Source of the DNA: Burkholderiales bacterium
Lineage (GTDB): Bacteria; Pseudomonadota; Gammaproteobacteria; Burkholderiales; JAHFRG01
Assembly (NCBI GenBank): GCA_036522275.1
Contig: DATDGC010000069.1
Location: 19,721 to 83,720 of the forward strand
DNA length: 64,000 bases
Reading direction: 5' to 3'
Shown piece by piece: positions 23,527-31,394 of this stretch. The notes under the pieces were generated by a model. The model was not told where the DNA came from. It made no database searches and saw only the letters and a list, made by a program, of their open reading frames with translations. Both the position numbers and the translations under genes were made by a program. Every line of letters starts with the position of its first letter. The first letter of the stretch is position 1.

Positions 23527-24015
23527 ATGGGTGTGTGCACGCAACTATCTACCTTCGGCAGAAACCAGTATTTCGTCGATACACTTACCGCATCTACCGC
23601 ACGGTTCATAGTCGTGGGCGGACTGGCCGTCCAATTTTATGTTCCAGATCGGCAAGTCGATGATCTTGACATTTTGATCGACCCTTCTCAAGAGACGGCT
23701 GCAAAGGTGATTGCCGCGCTATCAAGCCCACTGTTTCACCACAGCATCACCGTCGAACAGCTTACTCAGTTAAAGAGAATACAGGTTCCTGTAAAGATCG
23801 ACTTCTATCTGGATATCCTGACGCCTGGACCAGAAATAGATTTTGCTCAGGAATGGACGTTGGCCCGAGAAGCTAAACTAGGAGCCACTCCTGTTCGCGT
23901 GGCCGCAATCGAAACCTTGCTCAAATTGCTCTCTGGCAGCCAAGAGCCCAAGCATATTCGCGATATTGAGCTTCTCAAGAGGGTCAAAGCCGGTACACCA
24001 CAGGTTCCGCTGTAG
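23527..24015 (+). CDS. Minimal nucleotidyltransferase-fold protein (MNT-like)
   Basis: Carries the NTase signature GG-x11-DDLD in FIVVGGLAVQFYVPDRQVDDLDILID, and a C-terminal KHIRDIELLKR. No clear RBS. Low-GC context. Confidence 0.6.
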   Translation: MGVCTQLSTFGRNQYFVDTLTASTARFIVVGGLAVQFYVPDRQVDDLDILIDPSQETAAKVIAALSSPLFHHSITVEQLTQLKRIQVPVKIDFYLDILTPGPEIDFAQEWTLAREAKLGATPVRVAAIETLLKLLSGSQEPKHIRDIELLKRVKAGTPQVPL

Positions 24016-24144
24016 GTAGTGCGCCAAGGCTAGTTTACTAACGCAGTCGCACTTTCAATAACCAAGAGTCCTCAGATTTGCCCTGGTTGGGGAGCCAATC
24101 GGGGCTCGAACTGCGTAGTTCAAAACTGATTTTCCTGCCGTCTT

Positions 24145-24200
24145 TCGCGTTCCTTCGACAAGCCTGTCCTAAGTTTATCAAAGGGCTCTGGACAAGTCTT
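24145..24200 (+). repeat. Fragment of the modular repeat family
   Basis: TCCTTCGACAAGCCTGTCCTAAG matches CCCTTCGGCAAGCCTGTCCTGAG in copy B and CCCTTCGACAAGCTCAGG in copy A. Confidence 0.4.
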
Positions 24201-24262
24201 AATGGTTCAGCATTTAATTCCCAGTATTTCCGCCGCGTGTGGAAGCCTGCCCTGCTCCGCCC

Positions 24263-24300
24263 AAAAAGAAGCCGGGAATAATCCCGGCTTCTTTATTTAT
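24263..24300. terminator. Bidirectional intrinsic terminator (csp gene and islet)
   Basis: The 12-bp stem pairs AAGAAGCCGGGA with TCCCGGCTTCTT around the loop ATAA. An A-run on one side and T-rich sequence on the other place a U-tract after the stem on both strands. Confidence 0.8.
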
Positions 24301-24320
24301 TGCTGAAATGCTTAAGCAGT

Positions 24321-24527
24321 TTACGCGGCCTGAATATTGGACGCTTGCTTCTTGCCTTTATTCCCCTCGGTGATCTCGAAGGACACTTTCTGCCCTTCTT
24401 TAAGGGTTTTGAACCCTTGCATGTTGATTGCCGAGAAGTGAGCGAATAAATCTTCCCCGCTCACATCCGGGGTAATAAAACCAAAGCCTTTCGAGTCATT
24501 AAACCACTTTACAGTTCCGGTTGCCAT
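24321..24527 (-). CDS. Cold-shock protein, CspA family
   Basis: 68-aa ORF with [15 protein letters not shown] (RNP1) and DLFAHF (RNP2). The RBS AAGGAA sits 6 nt upstream. Confidence 0.95.
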   Translation of the reverse strand: MATGTVKWFNDSKGFGFITPDVSGEDLFAHFSAINMQGFKTLKEGQKVSFEITEGNKGKKQASNIQAA

Positions 24528-24654
24528 TTTACGTTCCTTAATTAAATTGAAAAACAGGACAAGCCTGATGTCTAAATCTCAAGGCTTCAAAAGGACGAAA
24601 ATTCAACAACCAGAATAATTCAGACCCCAAACACCTGAAACTAAACACACGCAC

Positions 24655-24683
24655 GTTATACGCACTTTACGTCCGCTTGTCAA
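24655..24683 (-). promoter_or_regulatory. Sigma70 promoter of the csp gene, giving a 5' UTR of about 120 nt
   Basis: On the minus strand the sequence reads TTGACA, a 17-nt spacer, then TATAAC. A long AT-rich leader (24528-24648) is typical of cspA-type genes. Confidence 0.6.
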
Positions 24684-24710
24684 AACAATTTGGCCGGCGG
24701 TGCCAAGCGG

Positions 24711-25457
24711 CTATCTGCCTCCCGTAACATCAATAAACGCCCCGCTTGTGTACGAAGCTTCGTCCGAGAGCAGCCACATAATCGCGTTTGCCACCTCGAT
24801 AGCCGTGCCGCCGCGCTTCATCGGCACCAATTCCTTGACGCGATTCACTCGGTTCGGTTCGCCACCGCGGGCATGGATTTCGGTGTAGATAAAGCCGGGC
24901 CGCACGGCGTTTACGCGAATGCCTTCCTCAGCAACTTCCTTGGCCAATCCTATGGTCATCGAATCAATGGCGCCTTTGGAGGCGGCGTAGTCCACGTATT
25001 CGCCTGGAGAACCCAGGCGCGATGCAAACGATGATACGTTGACAATCGCTCCACCCGCCCCGCCGCGCTTGGTGGACATGCGCCGCACAGCTTCGCGAGC
25101 GCACAAGAAACACCCGGTAATGTTCGTTGTAAAGACACGGTTCAGACGGGCAGCATTCATGTCCTCCAGCTTCATTTGCTGCTCCAAAATCCCTGCGTTG
25201 TTGACGAGCGCAGTGATCGGTCCCAATTCCTTGTCCGACGTTTCAAACAATCGGATCACATCGGATTCAGAAGCCACGTCGCCAGCCACGGCGATGGCTT
25301 TCCCTCCGGCGCGGTTGATTTCGCTGACAACGGCATCAGCGGCGGTTCGATTTTGGAGATAGTTGACGCATACGGCGTAGCCGCGCTCGGCGGCAAGTTT
25401 CGCGGTAACGGCACCTATTCCGCGGCTGCCTCCAGTGATTACTATTATTTTATTCAC
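24711..25457 (-). CDS. Short-chain dehydrogenase/reductase (SDR)
   Basis: Contains TGGSRGIG, NNAG and the YAASK catalytic motif. GTG start. Confidence 0.9.
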   Translation of the reverse strand: MNKIIVITGGSRGIGAVTAKLAAERGYAVCVNYLQNRTAADAVVSEINRAGGKAIAVAGDVASESDVIRLFETSDKELGPITALVNNAGILEQQMKLEDMNAARLNRVFTTNITGCFLCAREAVRRMSTKRGGAGGAIVNVSSFASRLGSPGEYVDYAASKGAIDSMTIGLAKEVAEEGIRVNAVRPGFIYTEIHARGGEPNRVNRVKELVPMKRGGTAIEVANAIMWLLSDEASYTSGAFIDVTGGR

Positions 25458-25493
25458 TGTTCAGAAATCCTAAGTTGTCGCCGCAAATATAAT

Positions 25494-25857
25494 GCCGGGG
25501 GCAGCGCAGCGGCTGGTGGTTTCTGTCGGGGGCGGCCCGACAGCCGGTTACTTTCTCTTGCGCGGCCAAGCGAAAGTAACCAAAGAGAACGCCGCCCTGC
25601 TGCGCCGGCCCTTCGGCAAGCCTGTCCTGAGTTAACCGAAGGACTTAGGGCTTCCTTCGGTTTGTTGGCAAGTTGGGCGGCTGCGCAACTCGCACGATCC
25701 GCTTCGCGGCCACGTGCTCAGACAGTGCTCGCCGGAATCTCCCAACTTGCCTGCCAAACCTCAGCGGCGCAAAAGGGGAAATAACCGCCCCGTTTCGGCC
25801 TTGTCACTTGGCGGCTCACAGAGGGCGTCAAGAACACAAGTTGCTGAAAATTATTTC
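25494..25857 (+). repeat. About 370-bp modular repeat, copy B
   Basis: It has the same module order as copy A, plus two private hairpins: CTGTCGGGGGCGGCCCGACAG and AACCGAAGGACTTAGGGCTTCCTTCGGTT. The conserved 3' module is at 25797-25857. Confidence 0.8.
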
Positions 25858-25891
25858 GATTCTGCCGCGACTGTTTCATCGGCATAACAAG

Positions 25892-27571
25892 CTACAACTT
25901 GCCGGAAGTGCTGGCGATGCCTCTTAGCATCTCCGCCGCGTGCTTGCGCGTGGTTTCGGTGATCTTGACGCCGCCTAGCATGCGCGCGATTTCTTCGATG
26001 CGCGCTTTTTCATTCATCACTTCAATGCGGCTCAAGATCGAGCCGTTGACCGAGGATTTGCTCACTTGCCACTGCTGATCGCCCGCCGCCGCGACTTGCG
26101 GCAAGTGCGTGATGCACAACACCTGGCGTTCCTTGCCAAGCTTTTTGAGCAGGCGCCCGACGATTTCGGCGACGCTCCCGCCGATGCCCGCATCCACTTC
26201 GTCGAAAATCATGGTGGGCACCGCGCCGACTTTGCTGGTGACGACTTGAATCCCTAAGCTGATGCGCGACAATTCGCCGCCTGAGGCGACTTTCGCAAGC
26301 GGCCGTAACAGCAAGTCTTTATGCGCGCTCACCATGAATTCCACCTGCTCCAGGCCATAAGCCGCGCCCTCTTCAAGCGCATTCAATGCCACCGAAAATT
26401 CTCCGCCGCTCATGGCAAGGTTTTGCATCGCTTCAGTAACCTCCTGCGATAGCAATTTCGCCGCTTTTTTGCGTGCCGCGCTTAATTTTTTAGCACGGGC
26501 TTCATACGCGCTGCACGCGATTGCTTCCTGTTCTTTGAGTTCCTCCACTCCGCCAACACCGCCCATTTCCTGCAAGCGCGCCTCGAACTTTTGCAGCAAA
26601 TCCGGAATCTCTTCGGGCTTCACGCGATGCTTGCGCGCGGTTGAATGAATCGCATCAATGCGCCGCTCCGCCTGTTGCAAACGTTCAGGATCGAGATCGA
26701 GCTTCTCCTGGTAATGCCGTATCGTGTACACCGCTTCCTGCAACTGGATTTGTGCTGGTTCCAGAATATCCAGAATTTCTTTCAAACCGGGGTCGTGTTC
26801 GATCAAGTTCCGGAAGCGGGAAATCAGCGAATTGAGCTGTGCGATCAGCGCAGCATCGTTTTCCGAAAGCGCATCAAGCGCCATTCCCGCAGCCTCGAGC
26901 AGAGTTGCGGCATGGGTAAGACGCGAGTGATCCGCCTGAAGCGATTGCCACTCATCGGGGGAAAAATTCAAGGTCTTGAGCTCGCGCGCCTGCCATTCCA
27001 GCTGCTCGCGCTCGGCGGCGAAGGCGGTGGCGTTGGTTTCCCATTCCTGCCGCCGTTTGCGCAAGCTTTGCCATTGACGGTAATGCTCAGCGACTTGCGC
27101 GGCCAGTTCGCCTAATCCGCCGTAGGCATCCACAAGTTCGCGCTGCGATTCGGCCTTGAGCAGTGTCTGGTGCGCATGCTGTCCGTGGATTTCCACCAGC
27201 TTCTCGCCCGCTTCGCGCATTTGCTGAACAGTCGCCGTGTGACCGTTGATGAAACCGCGCGAACGGCCGTTGGTTTCAATCACACGGCGCATTAAACAAA
27301 CACCGGAATCGCCCTCCAGATCATTGTCACGCAGCCAGGCGGAAAGCGAGTCCAATTTGCCGAAATCGAACTCGGCGGTAATCTCTGCGCGCTCTGTGCC
27401 ATTACGCACTACCACGCCATCGGCGCGCTCGCCCAGAGTGAGCGCCAGCGCATCAATCAGTATGGATTTTCCGGCGCCGGTTTCTCCCGTCAGCACGGTA
27501 AAGCCCGGCTTGAATTCGAGCTCCATCGAATCGACGATCACGAAATCGCGGATGATTAGAGCCTGTAACAT
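25892..27571 (-). CDS. recN: DNA repair protein RecN
   Basis: Contains LTGETGAGKSI. I trimmed the start to ATG 27571 (MLQALIIRDFVIVD), 4 nt after the nadK stop. Confidence 0.93.
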   Translation of the reverse strand: MLQALIIRDFVIVDSMELEFKPGFTVLTGETGAGKSILIDALALTLGERADGVVVRNGTERAEITAEFDFGKLDSLSAWLRDNDLEGDSGVCLMRRVIETNGRSRGFINGHTATVQQMREAGEKLVEIHGQHAHQTLLKAESQRELVDAYGGLGELAAQVAEHYRQWQSLRKRRQEWETNATAFAAEREQLEWQARELKTLNFSPDEWQSLQADHSRLTHAATLLEAAGMALDALSENDAALIAQLNSLISRFRNLIEHDPGLKEILDILEPAQIQLQEAVYTIRHYQEKLDLDPERLQQAERRIDAIHSTARKHRVKPEEIPDLLQKFEARLQEMGGVGGVEELKEQEAIACSAYEARAKKLSAARKKAAKLLSQEVTEAMQNLAMSGGEFSVALNALEEGAAYGLEQVEFMVSAHKDLLLRPLAKVASGGELSRISLGIQVVTSKVGAVPTMIFDEVDAGIGGSVAEIVGRLLKKLGKERQVLCITHLPQVAAAGDQQWQVSKSSVNGSILSRIEVMNEKARIEEIARMLGGVKITETTRKHAAEMLRGIASTSGKL

Positions 27572-27575
27572 ATAG

Positions 27576-28448
27576 CTACGAGGTTTGGCTCCAATGCAGC
27601 TTTTCGCGCAGCATGTGGTAGTAGTTATGCCCCACCGGGTGCAGCAGGCGGATGGTGTCGGGAGCGCGGCGTACCTGGATTTTGTCGCCATCGCGCAAAT
27701 CGAAATGCGAATGGCTGTCGAAGTGCGCGCGCGCGTCACCCGAATCGTGCATCAGGATTTCCACGGTGGAATCGCCGCTCACTATGATCGGGCGGTTGCT
27801 CAAGGTATGTGGAGCTACCGGCACCAGGGCGATCAAGCTCAACGAAGGATTGACGATTGGCCCGCCGGATGACAGCGCATAAGCGGTGGAGCCGGTAGGG
27901 GTGGCGACAATCAGGCCGTCGGAACGCAAGGTATAGACGTACTGCTGATTGATATGAACGTCGAATTCAATCAAGCTGCCCTTCGCGCCCTTGCTTATCA
28001 CCACGTCGTTGAATGCCAGCACTTTAAATACGCTCTGGTTGTTGCTGAAGATTTCCGCGGAAAGCAGCATGCGCTCTTCAGTGACATACTTGCCGTCAAG
28101 AATCGCGCCGATGGTCTCCAGCATGGTGTCCACCGAAATGTCGGTAAGAAACCCCAGCCGTCCCTGGTTAACGCCCACCAGCGCCACGTTGTGGGGGGCG
28201 AAGGTGCGGGCAATATTGAGCATGGTGCCGTCGCCGCCGATTACAATGGCGAGATTCGCGCGCTTGCCGATTTCCTCGAGCGCCAATACCGGGTAAGCGC
28301 TGTTTTCGAGATGCACCGAAGTCAGCCTATCCACCAGCACCGTGATACCGCGGCCTTCCAGGAAACGCGCCAGACGCAGCAGGTGCCCGGCGATTTCCGG
28401 GCTTTTGTATTTGCCGATGAGGGCAACTGTTTTAAAAGGATTGTTCAT
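27576..28448 (-). CDS. nadK: NAD kinase
   Basis: Contains GGDGTML and the NAD kinase core. I trimmed the start to ATG 28448 (MNNPFKTVALIGK) because the upstream codons are repeat sequence. Confidence 0.92.
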   Translation of the reverse strand: MNNPFKTVALIGKYKSPEIAGHLLRLARFLEGRGITVLVDRLTSVHLENSAYPVLALEEIGKRANLAIVIGGDGTMLNIARTFAPHNVALVGVNQGRLGFLTDISVDTMLETIGAILDGKYVTEERMLLSAEIFSNNQSVFKVLAFNDVVISKGAKGSLIEFDVHINQQYVYTLRSDGLIVATPTGSTAYALSSGGPIVNPSLSLIALVPVAPHTLSNRPIIVSGDSTVEILMHDSGDARAHFDSHSHFDLRDGDKIQVRRAPDTIRLLHPVGHNYYHMLREKLHWSQTS

Positions 28449-28471
28449 GCCCAAATTAAACCATAAAAAAA

Positions 28472-28563
28472 CAGTTAGGGGTGAGGAGTTAGGAGTGAGG
28501 AGTAAAAGCAACACTTTTAACAGAATTCAATTCTTTGTTCCCGTTCTCACACCTTACCCGTGG
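28472..28563. repeat. GTGAGG-heptad hairpin repeat (copy 3)
   Basis: It begins CAGTTAGGGGTGAGG, identical to copy 4. The heptads are GTTAGGG GTGAGGA GTTAGGA GTGAGGA, and the complementary CTCACACCTTACCC arm follows. It lies in the nadK/hrcA divergent spacer. Confidence 0.7.
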
Positions 28564-28582
28564 CTTTGTGTAAAATTGATTT

Positions 28583-29602
28583 ATGCTCAGCGAACGCGCC
28601 CAGGTACTGCTAAAAACCCTGGTGGAACGCTATATCAGCGACGGCCAGCCGGTAGGCTCGCGCGCGCTTTCGAAATATTCCGGTTTGGATTTAAGCCCCG
28701 CCAGCATCCGCAACATCATGGCCGACCTGGAAGAGATGGGTTTCATCGCCAGCCCGCATACTTCGGCCGGACGGGTACCCACCCCGCTCGGCTACCGTTT
28801 CTTCGTGGACACCCTGCTCACCATCAAACCGCTCGACACGGCGCAAATCAACCAGCTGGAAGGTCAGTTACAGACCGAAAATACGCAGAAATTGGTGCTT
28901 TCCGCCTCGCATTTACTCTCGGATCTCACGCACTTTGCCGGAGTAGTAGTGAACCCCAAACGGCGCAGTGCTACGTTCCGGCATATCGAATTCCTGAGCC
29001 TCGCCGAGAAGCGTATCCTGCTCATCATCGTCACCCATGAAGGCGACGTGCAAAACCGCATCATCTTTACCGAAAAAAACTATTCCCCCGCGGAGCTTAC
29101 TCAGGCCGCCAACTTCCTTAACCAGAATTATGCCGGCAGCACCTTCGAAGAAATACGCAAACATGTCCGGGAAGAGCTCCAGCAGTTGCACAGCGATATG
29201 ACCGCGCTGATGACCGCCGCGCTGGAAGCGGGCAGCCAGGCGGTCTCGGAGTCGGCGGGCGACTACGTGATTTCCGGGGAACACAACCTGCTGCACGTGC
29301 AGGACCTTTCCTCCAACATGGCGAAACTGCGCAGACTGTTTGATCTTTTCGAGCAGAAAACCACGCTGTTGCAACTGCTCGATGTCAGCGGCCGGGCACA
29401 TGGCGTGCAGATTTTCATCGGCGGCGAGTCGGGCCTGGTGCCGCTTGACGAATGCAGCGTGGTCACCGCGCCCTACGAAGTGGACGGGCAAGTCGTGGGC
29501 ACCGTCGGCGTGATTGGCCCGACGCGCATGGCTTACGAGCGGGTGATTCCCATCGTGGATATCACCGCGAAACTCCTCTCCAGCGCACTGTCGCAACATT
29601 AA
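28583..29602 (+). CDS. hrcA: Heat-inducible transcription repressor HrcA
   Basis: 339-aa ORF beginning [30 protein letters not shown]. Confidence 0.93.
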   Translation: MLSERAQVLLKTLVERYISDGQPVGSRALSKYSGLDLSPASIRNIMADLEEMGFIASPHTSAGRVPTPLGYRFFVDTLLTIKPLDTAQINQLEGQLQTENTQKLVLSASHLLSDLTHFAGVVVNPKRRSATFRHIEFLSLAEKRILLIIVTHEGDVQNRIIFTEKNYSPAELTQAANFLNQNYAGSTFEEIRKHVREELQQLHSDMTALMTAALEAGSQAVSESAGDYVISGEHNLLHVQDLSSNMAKLRRLFDLFEQKTTLLQLLDVSGRAHGVQIFIGGESGLVPLDECSVVTAPYEVDGQVVGTVGVIGPTRMAYERVIPIVDITAKLLSSALSQH

Positions 29603-29605
29603 ATA

Positions 29606-30706
29606 ATGTCATCTTACCGGGCCGATCCTTCCTACCAGCACGGCGCGCCGACACAAACCGGCATCCTGCTCGTCAATCTCGGCACCCCGGATGCGCCGAC
29701 CGCGCGGGCATTGCGGCCTTACCTCAAGCAATTCCTGTCCGACCCGCGCGTGGTGGAAATTCCCCGACCGATTTGGTGGCTGATTTTACACGGCATCATT
29801 CTCAACACGCGCCCGAAAAAATCCGCGGCCAAATATGCAAAGATCTGGATGGTGGAGGGATCGCCGCTCAAAGTGCACACCGAACGCCAGGTAAATCTGC
29901 TGCGTGGCTATCTGGGGGAAAGAATCAAATCACCGCTTAGCATCGAATACGCCATGCGCTACGGCAAGCCTTCGATTGTTTCAGTGCTCGCCAGGCTCAA
30001 GCATTGCGAGCGTATTCTGGTGCTGCCGCTTTATCCGCAGTATGCCGCCAGCACCACCGCGAGCAGCTTTGATGCCGTGTTCAAGGAATTGCGACGCATG
30101 CGTAACGCGCCGGCGCTGCGTACCGTCAAGCATTATCACGACCACCCGGGTTATATCGCAGCGCTCGCGCAAAACGTTAACGATTACTGGATGAAAAATG
30201 GCCGTCCCGATAAACTCCTCATCAGTTTTCACGGCGTGCCGCGCTACACGCTGGACAAAGGCGATCCCTACCATTGCGAATGCCAGAAAACCGGGAGGCT
30301 GCTCGCTGAAGCGCTGGGGTGGGATGAGTCGCGCTATCAAGTCTGCTTCCAATCGCGTTTTGGACGCGCCGAATGGCTGAAACCCTACACCTCTGAAGTG
30401 CTGCACAAGCTCGGCAAACAACGTACCGAGCGGGTGGATGTGGTTTGCCCGGGTTTCGTCAGCGATTGCCTGGAAACGCTGGAAGAAATCGCCATCGAAG
30501 GCAAGGCCGCTTTCCTCGGCGCCGGTGGCAAGGAATTTCATTACATCCCCTGTCTTAACGAGCGCGCCGACTGGATACATGCGCTTTGCGAAATCGCGCT
30601 GGAAAATCTGCACGGCTGGGTTTCAGTCAGATACGACACGCAAGCCGCTCAATTGGCCGGCCGCATGACCCGCGAGCGGGCATATGCTTTGGGCGCCAAA
30701 GCCTAA
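29606..30706 (+). CDS. hemH: Ferrochelatase
   Basis: 366-aa ORF containing [18 protein letters not shown] and FHGVP. Confidence 0.93.
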   Translation: MSSYRADPSYQHGAPTQTGILLVNLGTPDAPTARALRPYLKQFLSDPRVVEIPRPIWWLILHGIILNTRPKKSAAKYAKIWMVEGSPLKVHTERQVNLLRGYLGERIKSPLSIEYAMRYGKPSIVSVLARLKHCERILVLPLYPQYAASTTASSFDAVFKELRRMRNAPALRTVKHYHDHPGYIAALAQNVNDYWMKNGRPDKLLISFHGVPRYTLDKGDPYHCECQKTGRLLAEALGWDESRYQVCFQSRFGRAEWLKPYTSEVLHKLGKQRTERVDVVCPGFVSDCLETLEEIAIEGKAAFLGAGGKEFHYIPCLNERADWIHALCEIALENLHGWVSVRYDTQAAQLAGRMTRERAYALGAKA

Positions 30707-30723
30707 ATTCTTCTCAGTTTCCC

Positions 30724-30752
30724 CTTGAAATAGCCAAAAGCGGACCCACTTA
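30724..30752 (+). promoter_or_regulatory. Sigma32 (RpoH)-type heat-shock promoter of grpE-dnaK-dnaJ
   Basis: CTTGAAA, a 14-nt spacer, then CCCACTTA. The consensus is CTTGAAA-N13-15-CCCCATNT. It lies 25 nt upstream of the grpE ATG. Confidence 0.65.
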
Positions 30753-30776
30753 AAGTACGTTTAACTGGAGGAAATA

Positions 30777-31334
30777 ATGCAAGATTCGCAGGAACATCCG
30801 GCGCCTGAGCTCACCCAGCCGAAGCCGACCGCCGCTGAGCAACCTGCCGCAGCGCAACACGCCGAAACCGCGCCCAGCATGGAAGAACTGCTCAAGAAAG
30901 CCGAGCTCGCCGCGGAAGAGCACCACGATGCGTGGCTGCGGGCCCGCGCCGAAGCGGATAACATCCGCAAGCGCGCCCAGGTGGAAATCGCCAACGCGCA
31001 CAAATACGCCATTGAAAGTTTCTCGAGCGCGGTACTGTCTGTGAAAGACAGCCTGGAAGCTGCGCTGGCCAGCGAAAATGCTTCCTCAGAAAGCCTTAAA
31101 AGCGGCGTGGAATTGACGCTGAAGCTGCTTGCTTCGGTATTCGAAAAATTCAACATCTGCGAAATCAGAGCGCTGGGCGAAAAGTTCGACCCGCACCGGC
31201 ACCAAGCGATCACCACCGTCGAATCAGAGAGTGAACCGAACACGGTCATCAGCGTGATGCAAAAAGGCTACACGCTCAACGACCGGGTCATCAGGCCGGC
31301 GCTGGTGGTGGTCGGGAAGCCCAAACAAACTTGA
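30777..31334 (+). CDS. grpE: Nucleotide exchange factor GrpE
   Basis: 185-aa ORF with RBS GGAGGA and a GrpE C-terminal domain (FDPHRHQAI, GYTLNDRVIRPALV). Confidence 0.93.
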   Translation: MQDSQEHPAPELTQPKPTAAEQPAAAQHAETAPSMEELLKKAELAAEEHHDAWLRARAEADNIRKRAQVEIANAHKYAIESFSSAVLSVKDSLEAALASENASSESLKSGVELTLKLLASVFEKFNICEIRALGEKFDPHRHQAITTVESESEPNTVISVMQKGYTLNDRVIRPALVVVGKPKQT

Positions 31335-31394
31335 ATTTCCAGCATAGCACCCTGATATAACAAGCAACCGTTAACTTACGTTTAAGGAATCATC

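Noticed and set aside
22285-25857. Integron-cassette interpretation of the repeat-cargo-repeat layout
   Set aside because: There is no intI gene. The cargo genes lie in both orientations. At about 370 bp the repeats are far longer than attC sites and lack an obvious R''/R' core-site arrangement.
27572-27700. A LexA (SOS) box upstream of recN
   Set aside because: I found no CTGT-N8-ACAG-type palindrome in the 130 nt upstream of the recN ATG, which lies inside the nadK 3' end. A scan by eye could miss a degenerate site.
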